This document shows, in pieces, positions 42,321 to 50,039 of a DNA stretch of 56,733 nucleotides; the first letter of the stretch is position 1, and each line of letters starts with the position of its first letter. Source of the DNA: Candidatus Tayloriibacteriota bacterium (GTDB lineage: Bacteria; Patescibacteriota; Minisyncoccia; Phycocordibacterales; SIBU01); contig JACPHR010000021.1 in the NCBI GenBank assembly GCA_016188455.1, positions 1-56,733 of the forward strand, written 5' to 3'. The notes beneath the pieces are model-generated. The model did not search any database, was not told where the DNA came from, and worked only from the letters and a program-made list of their open reading frames with translations. The position numbers were made by a program, and so were the translations under genes.

Positions 42321-42566
42321 ATGCACAAAGTGCCGGCGGATTTACGAAAAGTCCTTGCCTCTTCCAAAGCGGCGAGAGCCGCATGGGAGGATAGTACGCC
42401 ACTTGCGCGCAATGAGTGGCTCTGCTGGATTCTGTCCGCGAAGTATGCAAAGACGCGAAGCCGCCGGACCGAAAGGACGCAGAAGGAACTTATAGACGGA
42501 AAACGCAGGCCTTGTTGCTTCGCAGGTTGTATTCATCGCTCCAAATATGTTGAAAACAGCAAATAA
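42321..42566 (+). CDS. YdeI/OmpD-associated family protein
   Basis: VPADLRKVLASSKAARAAWEDSTPLARNEWLCWILSAKYAKTRSRR.E......L..GKRRPCCF is the typical pattern of this small family. Confidence 0.65.
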   Translation: MHKVPADLRKVLASSKAARAAWEDSTPLARNEWLCWILSAKYAKTRSRRTERTQKELIDGKRRPCCFAGCIHRSKYVENSK

Positions 42567-42581
42567 TATCACACAACATTT

Positions 42582-42890
42582 ATGAAGCCGCGAATTTCAG
42601 TGTTAACAATCGGCGTGAACGACCTGAAAAAGTCGCTTAGATTTTATCGTGACGGACTTGGGTTGAAAACAGAAGGTATTGTCGGAGAGGAATACGAGTA
42701 CGGAGCAGTGGTATTTTTTGATTTGCAACACAGCATAAAGCTGGCGCTTTATCCGAGAAAAAACCTCGCCCGCGATGTGGGCATTAAAGAAACCCTCGCA
42801 AGCGCAACAGAATTGAGCATCGGACATAATGTGAATAGCAAAAAAGAAGTTGACGCCGTGATGGCGCGAGCAAAAAAAGCCGGCGCTCAA
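42582..42890 (+). pseudogene. VOC (glyoxalase/bleomycin-resistance) family gene, 3'-truncated
   Basis: The first ~103 aa (ISVLTIGVNDLKKSLRFYRDGLGL.., ..VFFDL.., ..SIGHNV.SKKEVDAVMARAKKAGAQ) fit a VOC fold. After about 42890 the ORF continues to 43127 as unrelated sequence that overlaps a minus-strand ORF. Confidence 0.5.
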
Positions 42891-42978
42891 GCACGAGTAC
42901 CGGCAACAGGTTTGCCTATCTTCCCTCCTCTTAATCTGTCAAAAGAGTGGTGCATGAAACGTCGTCGTGACGGCAGCT

Positions 42979-43206
42979 CTACTCGGTGCCAAAATGCTTC
43001 TCTTGCAAGACTCGCACTTCGTCAGAGCTCAAACCCTCCAGAACCGCCAACCGTCCGGAAGTGTCTTCATAGAGCATTCCCGATCCAGAGGGTAACGCGC
43101 CAAGCGCTCGTTGTGCGCTTGCTCTGATCGCGTCACCAGTGTCTTTATTCTGAATCGTGATACCCTCGCCAAAGTCTGGATGCCATACTGAGATACTGGG
43201 ATTCAT
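42979..43206 (-). CDS. hypothetical protein
   Basis: 75-aa ORF with no family recognised. It lies in a decayed region. Confidence 0.25.
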   Translation of the reverse strand: MNPSISVWHPDFGEGITIQNKDTGDAIRASAQRALGALPSGSGMLYEDTSGRLAVLEGLSSDEVRVLQEKHFGTE

Positions 43207-43300
43207 TGCTTATCCTTTCTTTTTGAACCTTTGAACCAGAATCAGCTTAACAATTATAACCCGCTTGTCAATATTTACTTACTACCTGCAAGAAGGTATA

Positions 43301-43675
43301 ATGTCTTCAGAAAAAGAGAGAAAGGTTAAAAGTATGTGCATCTCATATATACCCCCAAAGTTAGGCTTACTTGACAGACCGCTCCCAACTCATGAACCTT
43401 TGACAAGAGATACCATCCCCAGACTCCGATTCCCCGATGCGTTTGCAAAATTCCGGGATCATCTTGGACTTTTGCATTTGCCATCACCGCGGAGGCTGGA
43501 AGATGACAATCTCCGATGGGCTGTTGCTGAAATGCAACTTGAGAGAAAACGGGAAAGAGAAAAGGAGGAAGCGAGAAGACGCGAGAGTCTAGACGCATTC
43601 CTAAACCTAAACAAACAAGCAGCGAAAGACTTCGATGTACGAATAGCTGAATACCTCATTCTCAAAAAGAAATGA
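43301..43675 (+). CDS. hypothetical protein
   Basis: ATG 43301 is preceded by AGAAGG 4 nt upstream. It encodes 124 aa, and a strong terminator follows at 43701-43729. Confidence 0.45.
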   Translation: MSSEKERKVKSMCISYIPPKLGLLDRPLPTHEPLTRDTIPRLRFPDAFAKFRDHLGLLHLPSPRRLEDDNLRWAVAEMQLERKREREKEEARRRESLDAFLNLNKQAAKDFDVRIAEYLILKKK

Positions 43676-43700
43676 TGGTGAAACGAAGGTGGGTCAGACA

Positions 43701-43729
43701 CAAAAGAGACTGTTTTCAGTCTCTTTTTT
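43701..43729 (+). terminator. rho-independent terminator
   Basis: AAAAGAGACTGTTTTCAGTCTCTTTTTTT. Confidence 0.75.
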
Positions 43730-43846
43730 TAATCCGAGAAGACCAATCCTGCTATATCGTGTCTTAGCATGAAAAGGCCGATGTATTAGTGCGTGAACTG
43801 TTGCACTGTCGTCTCTTTTTCACCGCATAGGTCATAGAATGAACAA

Positions 43847-43885
43847 CCACGCCACCTGCCTGCCTACGGCAGGCAGGTGGCGTGG
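43847..43885. other. GC-rich 18-bp-stem perfect palindrome
   Basis: CCACGCCACCTGCCTGCCTACGGCAGGCAGGTGGCGTGG. Confidence 0.5.
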
Positions 43886-44457
43886 TGCTCTGCGGGCGGC
43901 ACTATTGTTCTCATCATGCTCGCTGTCTTCCTCGCTGTTTTTGCACTGTCCGCCGTCGAAGGCACAGAGTTTAGAGTTACCACTAAACGCGGATATGGGT
44001 GCGCCTCGGTCGCCGTGAGGACGGAGAAAAGAGCAATCAAAAATGATAAACTAATAGTGCTCTTTTCGGAGACTGAAACGGCGAAGCAAAACCAAAAATT
44101 TCCCTTCCATTTCTTTTTCCGCTTCGCGGCGGAGGAATCCGCGCGGGCGAGTCCGTCGCCCCGCCTCCTTCTCCTTACAGGAGCAGTACACCTTTTGGAT
44201 ATTTTGTTTCGCTTCGCTCACAAAATCTCTCAAAAGGTCTTGCGAAAGTGTCCCACACTTTCTTACCCCAGAAAAATAGTGGCGGGGCGCATCATTTCAG
44301 ATTTCGCTCTTTGCCCTTCCGTAGCTTTATGCGAAGGAGGGTTTTGGATTTGTGTATCAGATTTGGTAAAATAATTTCAAGAGTTTGCGAGGGTTTTAAT
44401 TCGGGAGCAATCGTGGACGAACAAACTCCGTTCGAGCCATCTTTAAGATACGCCGCA

Positions 44458-44925
44458 ATGAAAATTTCTGTTAAAGCCATAATCTTTGACTGGGGCAGAA
44501 CACTTTTTGATTCGGAAACCAAAAAAGAATTTTCGGAAGCGGAGAAAATATTGGCGTTGTGCAAAGGCCGAGGGTATCGGCTTGCTGTCGGTTCGCTCAC
44601 AAGTATTCATTCAAACGCGACTCTGGAGGAAAGAAAAAAACAAATAGAAGACTTCCCACTCCGAAAATATTTTGAAATTGTTGCCGTGACAGACACCGAC
44701 AAAGACAAAAGTTTTGATGAAATTGTCCAAAAGTTTAATCTGCCGAGGGAGGAAATTTTAATTGTTGACGATAGAACGGTCCGAGGCATACAGTACGGTA
44801 ATTTAAGAAATCATCCTACTGTATGGCTGCAGAAAGGAAAGTTCGCGAACGAGTTGCCAAATGAAGAAACAAAATCTCCGACATTTATTATTCACTCTCT
44901 TGAAGAATTGCTAGACATTATCTAG
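44458..44925 (+). CDS. HAD-like hydrolase
   Basis: The start is taken at MKISVKAIIFDWGRTLFD (degenerate motif I). RLAVGS.. and ILIVDDRTVRG (motif IV-like) are also present. The upstream part of ORF 44248.. looks non-coding. Confidence 0.6.
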   Translation: MKISVKAIIFDWGRTLFDSETKKEFSEAEKILALCKGRGYRLAVGSLTSIHSNATLEERKKQIEDFPLRKYFEIVAVTDTDKDKSFDEIVQKFNLPREEILIVDDRTVRGIQYGNLRNHPTVWLQKGKFANELPNEETKSPTFIIHSLEELLDII

Positions 44926-44929
44926 AGAC

Positions 44930-46024
44930 ATGAAATCTCGCTGGTTAAAAGTTAAAAAACTGCTCAAAGCGGAAAAATGTGACGCGCTTTTGGTGATAAA
45001 CGCCGAAAACAACGGACAGCCGGGGACGAGATATCTCTCGGGCTTTTCGGGGTCATCGTCGGTGTTGCTGATTACAAAAGAGAAAAAAATACTGGTGACC
45101 GACAGCCGTTACACTGTGCAGGTGCGACAGGAAGCGAAGGGATTTGAAGTAACAATTTTAAAGCCGCGCGAAACTTTTAGGGTTATTTTGAAACATCTCG
45201 CGGCAAAACTTCACCTGAAAAAAATTCTCATTGACGGCGGCATCACTTCCTACGCTTCAGTTGAGAGCCTAAAAAAAGCCGTGCCGAAAATGAAGGTGAC
45301 TTCAAAAAACGGGCTCCTTCAAGAATTGCGGATTGTTAAAGACAAGCAGGAAATCGCTCTTCTTAAAAAAGCGGCGGCTATCGCTTCACGGGCTTTCCTA
45401 AAATTTCTGCCGTCAGTCAAAGCGGGCGTGTTGGAAAAATCCCTTGCGGCACGGCTTGAAGCGATTTGCAAAGAAGAAGGCGCGGACAAAATGGCTTTTG
45501 ACACCATTGTGGCCTCGGGCGGGCGGGCCGCTCTGCCCCACGCCCGCCCTTCGGGCAAGAAACTCCGAAAAGGAGAACTGGTGGTGATTGACTGGGGTGT
45601 CCGCTACCAGGGCTATGTTTCGGATATGACCCGTACGATAGCCATCGGCAAAATTGCTCCGCGCTTGCGCGAGATTTACGAGGCGGTGCGCGGGGCGCAG
45701 GAGAGGGGATGCCAGGCGGCGCGGGCGGGGCTACCCGCCCGCGCCCTTGACGCCGCCTGCCGGGAAACTCTTAAAGAACACGGGCTTGAAAAATATTTCG
45801 CCCATGCCGCGGGCCACGGCATCGGCATGGAAATCCACGAACTGCCGGTGGTTGGACCGAAACAAAACGAGCCGCTTCCGGCGGGCGCCGTCATCACCTG
45901 CGAGCCGGGCGTTTATATCCCACGGCTTGGCGGCGCGCGGATTGAAGACAGTCTTATTATCACCAAACGCGGAGTAGTCAGTCTCACAAAAGCATTAACG
46001 AAAAAGCTTATAATTATCAACTGA
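44930..46024 (+). CDS. M24-family Xaa-Pro aminopeptidase (PepP-like)
   Basis: Creatinase-like N-domain plus pita-bread metal ligand motifs: DWGVRYQGYVSDMTRT, HAAGHGIGMEIHE, CEPGVY and RIEDS. Confidence 0.9.
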   Translation: MKSRWLKVKKLLKAEKCDALLVINAENNGQPGTRYLSGFSGSSSVLLITKEKKILVTDSRYTVQVRQEAKGFEVTILKPRETFRVILKHLAAKLHLKKILIDGGITSYASVESLKKAVPKMKVTSKNGLLQELRIVKDKQEIALLKKAAAIASRAFLKFLPSVKAGVLEKSLAARLEAICKEEGADKMAFDTIVASGGRAALPHARPSGKKLRKGELVVIDWGVRYQGYVSDMTRTIAIGKIAPRLREIYEAVRGAQERGCQAARAGLPARALDAACRETLKEHGLEKYFAHAAGHGIGMEIHELPVVGPKQNEPLPAGAVITCEPGVYIPRLGGARIEDSLIITKRGVVSLTKALTKKLIIIN

Positions 46025-46056
46025 CAACTACAAACTTTTGCTGTAAACTTATAGGC

Positions 46057-46527
46057 ATGACTCCAGCGAAAAAAGAGCCTCTTGTTTGGGAAACGTTTGA
46101 GTACGTCTATCGTGAAAAAAGCGCTGATTGGTATTGGGCGGTGAGCATCATTGCCGTTTCCATGGCCGTTACTTCGGTTTTGTTTAACAATGTACTCTTC
46201 GCCATCTTCATCGCCTTGAGCTTTTTCACCTTGATGCTATACGCCAAGCGCAAGCCTCATCTGTTGCAGATAAGACTGGACGAGCGAGGCATCCAGGAGG
46301 GCCGAGCGCGCCACCCTTACTCGTCCATTGAATCGTTTTGGGTTGAGAGCCGATTCGGCGATTTCAAAATTATCATAAAGTCCAAAAACAAAGCCTCGCC
46401 TTACATCATCATCCCGATTGAAGACGTCAACGCCGATGAAGTGCGGAATCATCTCAAAAAATATCTGCCGGAGGAGGAACACAGCGAGCCGCTGGCGAAG
46501 AGGATTATGGAATACCTCGGTTTTTAA
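46057..46527 (+). CDS. hypothetical membrane protein (two TM helices + small C-terminal domain)
   Basis: WYWAVSIIAVSMAVTSVLF and NVLFAIFIALSFFTLMLY are followed by a ~85-aa soluble domain (possibly bacterial PH-like). Confidence 0.5.
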   Translation: MTPAKKEPLVWETFEYVYREKSADWYWAVSIIAVSMAVTSVLFNNVLFAIFIALSFFTLMLYAKRKPHLLQIRLDERGIQEGRARHPYSSIESFWVESRFGDFKIIIKSKNKASPYIIIPIEDVNADEVRNHLKKYLPEEEHSEPLAKRIMEYLGF

Positions 46528-46538
46528 GAAAAAACCCT

Positions 46539-46585
46539 GATACCAATATACTAATTGGTACGAATCTACGAATGGCTACGAAAAT
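46539..46585. repeat. family-A repeat, left-arm-type solo copy
   Basis: GATACCAATATACTAATTGGTACGAATCTACGAATGGCTACGAAAAT. Confidence 0.65.
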
Positions 46586-46661
46586 AAGAGAAAGGAATCC
46601 CCTAAAGGCGATTTCTTTTTTGGTTTTACATTTTTCGCTTTTCGTTTTACACTTCACAGAC

Positions 46662-46733
46662 GCCCTCATAGTTTAATGGATAGAATGCAAGATTGCGGAT
46701 CTTGCGATCGAGGTTCGATTCCTCGTGGGGGCA
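46662..46733 (+). tRNA. tRNA-Arg (anticodon GCG), CCA not encoded
   Basis: Hand fold: GCCCTCA TA GTTT AATGGATA GAAT G CAAGA TTGCGGA TCTTG CGAT CGAGG TTCGATT CCTCG TGGGGGC A. Confidence 0.8.
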
Positions 46734-46865
46734 CCCGACCAGAAAATGTCAAGTTCTCTCGGCATTTTCTGTGTCGCTGGAGGACCCCGAGGAATCGAAG
46801 GACGGAGCGAGCGAAGGCGAGCGAGTCGGGGTCGCGGGCGAGTACAGCAGTGCGAGACCCGTGAC

Positions 46866-46885
46866 CGATTCCTCGTGGGGGCACC
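46866..46885 (+). repeat. 20-nt direct repeat of the tRNA-Arg(GCG) 3' end
   Basis: CGATTCCTCGTGGGGGCACC is identical to 46716-46735. The 130-nt insert contains an inverted T-arm copy (CCCCGAGGAATCGAAGG, about 46786-46802). Confidence 0.8.
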
Positions 46886-46912
46886 GAAAAAGGTGGCTGA
46901 TACCTTTAATTT

Positions 46913-47503
46913 ATGGCACGGATACCAATTAAAGAACTGAAAAAAGACATTGTCCTAAAAACCACGCTTTGCGGGACGCCTTTTACCTTTCATACCACAT
47001 GGGGACTTTTCAGCCCGGAAAAAATTGATGAGGGCACCATGGCGCTCTTGGAGCATGTTGTTGTCAAAGAGGGCGACGCTATTTTAGATTTGGGTTGCGG
47101 CTACGGCGCTCTCGGCATTCCGCTGGCGAAATTGGCTTCGGGTGGTACCACGCATATGGTAGATAAAGATTTTGTGGCGGTGGAATACGCGGAGAAAAAC
47201 GCCTTGCTTAACAATGTAAAAAATGTTGAGGTCTACTTAAGCAACGGCTTTGACCAAGTGCCTCGGGACACCCGTTTTGACACTATCGTCTCCAATCTTC
47301 CCGCCAAGATAAGCAAGGAATTTTTCTGGATACTGTTTGAAGAAGCCCGTCAGCGACTATCGCCCGGAGGCACTTTTTATGCGGTTACCATTGCCGGTCT
47401 CCGCCGATTCGTGGAAAGAAATTTCAAAACGATTTTCGGCAATTATGAACTGCTGGCGAGCAAGGGCACATATTTCGTGGCCAAAGCGCAAAACAACTCA
47501 TGA
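46913..47503 (+). CDS. class I SAM-dependent methyltransferase (MTS / RsmC-RsmD-like small-domain type)
   Basis: ILDLGCGYGALGI (motif I), VDKD..AV (motif II) and FDTIVSNLP (NPPY-like motif IV). Confidence 0.8.
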   Translation: MARIPIKELKKDIVLKTTLCGTPFTFHTTWGLFSPEKIDEGTMALLEHVVVKEGDAILDLGCGYGALGIPLAKLASGGTTHMVDKDFVAVEYAEKNALLNNVKNVEVYLSNGFDQVPRDTRFDTIVSNLPAKISKEFFWILFEEARQRLSPGGTFYAVTIAGLRRFVERNFKTIFGNYELLASKGTYFVAKAQNNS

Positions 47504-47504
47504 C

Positions 47505-47535
47505 AAACGCCCCCCCGCAAAGCGGGGGGCGTTTT
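47505..47535. terminator. bidirectional rho-independent terminator between the methyltransferase gene and rpsT
   Basis: AAACGCCCCCCGCAAAGCGGGGGGCGTTTTT. Confidence 0.8.
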
Positions 47536-47545
47536 TCCATTTTGC

Positions 47546-47800
47546 TTATTTGAGCAAGCGCGCCATTTGGGACTTTTTTCTGGCGGCGGTGTTTTGGTGG
47601 AGGGTGTGCATCTTAGCCGCCTTATCAATAGCCTTGTAAACTTGCGGCAGAAGAGCTTTGGCTTCGGCCACTTTTTTCGCCGCCGCCAGCTTTTTAATTT
47701 GCTTGGTCAGTTTTCGGACGGCTTCCGCTCGGCGCGCGTTAAACACCCGCCTGCGAAGCGAGGCTCGATGGGCTTTTTTGGCTGAAGAAGTAATGGCCAT
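47546..47800 (-). CDS. rpsT: 30S ribosomal protein S20
   Basis: MAITSSAKKAHRASLRRRVFNARR.......K........A........KAIDKAAK.....N.AARKKS is the S20 pattern. Confidence 0.9.
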   Translation of the reverse strand: MAITSSAKKAHRASLRRRVFNARRAEAVRKLTKQIKKLAAAKKVAEAKALLPQVYKAIDKAAKMHTLHQNTAARKKSQMARLLK

Positions 47801-47802
47801 AT

Positions 47803-47936
47803 AAAAACTTAAAAGTTAAAAATCAAGATTTAAAATTGAGTACCCAGCAATCTAACATGTCTCTTGGTAAAAAACAAGGTCTCAAAATTTTTAATTTTAA
47901 TCTGTCATTTTTCACTTTGATATTTACATTTTGAAT
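47803..47936. repeat. family-C inverted-repeat element (empty) upstream of ruvA
   Basis: The right arm CTCAAAATTTTTAATTTTAATCTGTCATTTTTCACTTTGATATTTACATTTTGAAT is nearly identical to 6569-6617. The left arm is AAAACTTAAAAGTTAAAAATCAAGATTTAAAATTGAG. Confidence 0.7.
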
Positions 47937-47954
47937 TATGTTACTATGTATATC

Positions 47955-48530
47955 ATGATTTCCCATCTTAAAGGAAGAATAATGGACGCGGGAGAGCGAT
48001 TTGTAGTTTTGGAAACCAACGGGGTAGGCTACAAAGTTTTCGTGACGTCGGAGACTCTGCGCGTCCTGCAAAAGCCGTCCGGCGAAACGAGCCTGTGGAC
48101 TTATCTCGCCGTGCGGGAAAACGCTCTGGACCTCTACGGCTTCACGGCCAAAGACGAACTTGAATTTTTTGAACTGCTCATTACCGTCTCCGGCATCGGT
48201 CCGAAAACCGCCCTTGGCATTTTAAGCGTTACCACTATAAAAAATCTCCGCCAGGCCATCGCCTCGGGCGAAACGGCGCATCTGACAAAAGTGTCCGGCA
48301 TTGGCAAAAAAGTGGCGGACAAAATCGCGCTTGAGCTCCGCGACAAGCTTGATTTTCTAGAGAGCGAAAAAGATACAGGCGACATGCGCGACGAATCGGA
48401 CACCATTGAAGGACTCAAGGCTTTAGGCTACAGCGAGCGCGAGGCGCGAGAGGCGCTGAAGAAACTGCCGAAAAAAATCTCTGGCACGAGCGAAATGGTG
48501 AAGCAAGCGTTAAAATTGCTCGGGGAATAA
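47955..48530 (+). CDS. ruvA: Holliday junction DNA helicase subunit RuvA
   Basis: MISHLKGRI......VVLETNGVGYKV, HhH motifs (LLITVSGIGPKTALGIL, KVSGIGKKVADKIALEL) and C-terminal domain III (GLKALGYSEREAREAL). Confidence 0.9.
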   Translation: MISHLKGRIMDAGERFVVLETNGVGYKVFVTSETLRVLQKPSGETSLWTYLAVRENALDLYGFTAKDELEFFELLITVSGIGPKTALGILSVTTIKNLRQAIASGETAHLTKVSGIGKKVADKIALELRDKLDFLESEKDTGDMRDESDTIEGLKALGYSEREAREALKKLPKKISGTSEMVKQALKLLGE

Positions 48531-48613
48531 CGGCGAAGAGTTTTGGGAAATAAATATCCTCTGAACTTAAGCTGACACTTTACTCTGAAAGCATAATTTT
48601 GTCCAAGAGAATA

Positions 48614-48647
48614 TTCTACTATCCTAGCGATCGCCAGGATAGTAGAA
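48614..48647. repeat. family-F palindrome centred on GCGATCGC (second copy)
   Basis: TTCTACTATCCTAGCGATCGCCAGGATAGTAGAA. Confidence 0.7.
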
Positions 48648-48704
48648 TAAAAGAAAGGCCTCGCGACGAATCGCAAGGCCGTTGTGAATGAAAGAGTACG
48701 ATGC

Positions 48705-48929
48705 TTAGAGGTCGAATTCTCCTCCTTTGACACCCTTAATGAAGGCGGTCCATTCATTATGAGTGAAGAAAAGAGTTTTCCTGTGCTCGTCCTTACTATC
48801 GCGCAGGGCAACTCCCTGTTCCTTCATAGCCACCTGAACGCACCAGTGATCATGTCTGCGGTTGGTCCAGGAGGATGTACGAAAATCAGAATCTTGGACG
48901 GGGAATTCCTTTTTTTCTTTGTTTTTCAC
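48705..48929 (-). CDS. DUF397-like small protein
   Basis: FRTSSWTNRRHDHWCVQVA....GVALRDSKDEHRKTLFFTHNEWTAFIKGVKGGEFD matches the W.KSS.S...CVEVA...V.VRDSKDP....L.F....W..F....K.GEFD pattern I recall for actinobacterial DUF397 proteins. Confidence 0.6.
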   Translation of the reverse strand: MKNKEKKEFPVQDSDFRTSSWTNRRHDHWCVQVAMKEQGVALRDSKDEHRKTLFFTHNEWTAFIKGVKGGEFDL

Positions 48930-49090
48930 GCTAAGTCCTTTCTATGTTTTTGTTGAACTGCCAATATAAAACTAGCAGAAAATGTCGCGAAAAGATGCAT
49001 TTCTGATATAATTGAGGGCATAGAGCGGGAATATCCTATAATCATAGGCACACTTAAGAGATTTAATATCCGACCTTTTCGCCGACAAGA

Positions 49091-49822
49091 ATGCTTGAAC
49101 ATCACTTAAAAGCAGCCGGATTGAACGAAAAAGAAGCCAGCGTGTACCTGGCGATTCTTGAACTGGGCGAATCATCCGTCCAGAGAATCGCCGATAAGGC
49201 GGGTATAAAAAGAACGACAGTATATGATGTCATTGAATCTCTGAAGGAAAAAGGACTGATCGGCAATACTCTTAAAGGCAAGCGGCGAAAATTCTTTGTG
49301 GACGATCCACGCGGAATTTTAAGGATGCTTGACGAGAAGAGAAATAAAATTGAGAAAATCATTCCTGATCTGCTTTCTAAGTCGGGAGCGTTCGATAAAA
49401 AACCCCGTTCCCGTTTCTTCGAGGGAATCGAGAGCATGAAGGAGATCTATCATGACATTCTCAAGCACTCCGATGCTCCAATAAAATCCTGGATGACTGA
49501 AGCATCCCTTGATATGTTTGATCGGGATTTCATTGAATTCTTCAACTCAAATCGCATTAAAAACAAAATATGGGCGCAGATGATCGGCCCTGACACGCCG
49601 CGACTGCGGGAATTTCAAAATCAAGATGCGAAATTCTTGAGAAAAACAATTCTGGACCGGCACAAAGTGTTTCCTTTCGGAGTAGAAATTACTTTATACG
49701 GCAATGGGTCAATAGGCATGATTTCCTTTGAGGAAAAAATCGGACTGATTTTTGAAAGCCAGAAACTCTCTTTGGCTTTGCAAAATGCGTTCGACGGGCA
49801 TTGGACATTCCTTGGAGGGTAG
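49091..49822 (+). CDS. TrmB-family HTH transcriptional regulator
   Basis: L...GLNEKEASVYLAILELGESSVQRIADKAGIKRTTVYDVIESLKEKGLI is the TrmB-type winged helix, followed by a C-terminal effector-like domain. Confidence 0.65.
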   Translation: MLEHHLKAAGLNEKEASVYLAILELGESSVQRIADKAGIKRTTVYDVIESLKEKGLIGNTLKGKRRKFFVDDPRGILRMLDEKRNKIEKIIPDLLSKSGAFDKKPRSRFFEGIESMKEIYHDILKHSDAPIKSWMTEASLDMFDRDFIEFFNSNRIKNKIWAQMIGPDTPRLREFQNQDAKFLRKTILDRHKVFPFGVEITLYGNGSIGMISFEEKIGLIFESQKLSLALQNAFDGHWTFLGG

Positions 49823-49850
49823 TCAACAGGAATAAAAGAAAAACGGCCCC

Positions 49851-49993
49851 GCGACGAATCGGACGCCATTGAAGGACTCAAGGCTTTAGGCTACAGCGAG
49901 CGCGAGGCGCGAGAGGCGCTGAAGAAACTGCCGAAAAAAATCTCTGGCACGAGCGAGCGCATCAAGCAGGCGCTGAAAATTTTAGGGAAATAA
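49851..49993 (+). pseudogene. orphan duplicate of the ruvA 3' end (domain III fragment)
   Basis: 143 nt align to 48388-48530. The first 106 nt have a single mismatch and the last 37 nt are diverged (SERIKQALKILGK* versus SEMVKQALKLLGE*). The terminator at 49997-50021 follows. Confidence 0.8.
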
Positions 49994-49996
49994 TAA

Positions 49997-50021
49997 ACGC
50001 CAGGTGTGGTTAACCTGGCGT
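49997..50021 (+). terminator. terminator hairpin after the ruvA-3' duplicate
   Basis: ACGCCAGGTGTGGTTAACCTGGCGT followed by a TT tail (weak). Confidence 0.5.
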
Positions 50022-50039
50022 TGATCATGCAATGGGGTA

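Noticed and set aside
43877-44374. 165-aa ORF and the upstream extension of ORF 44248..44925
   Set aside because: The composition is implausible, with no start context or motifs. The HAD-like homology begins only at ATG 44458, so this region is treated as non-coding or decayed.
49091-49993. TAG read-through fusing the TrmB-like ORF to the ruvA-3' duplicate (both are in the same frame, separated by TAG 49820-49822)
   Set aside because: Sharing a frame has a one-in-three chance, the linking codons fall in the junction repeat, and no read-through context is recognisable.
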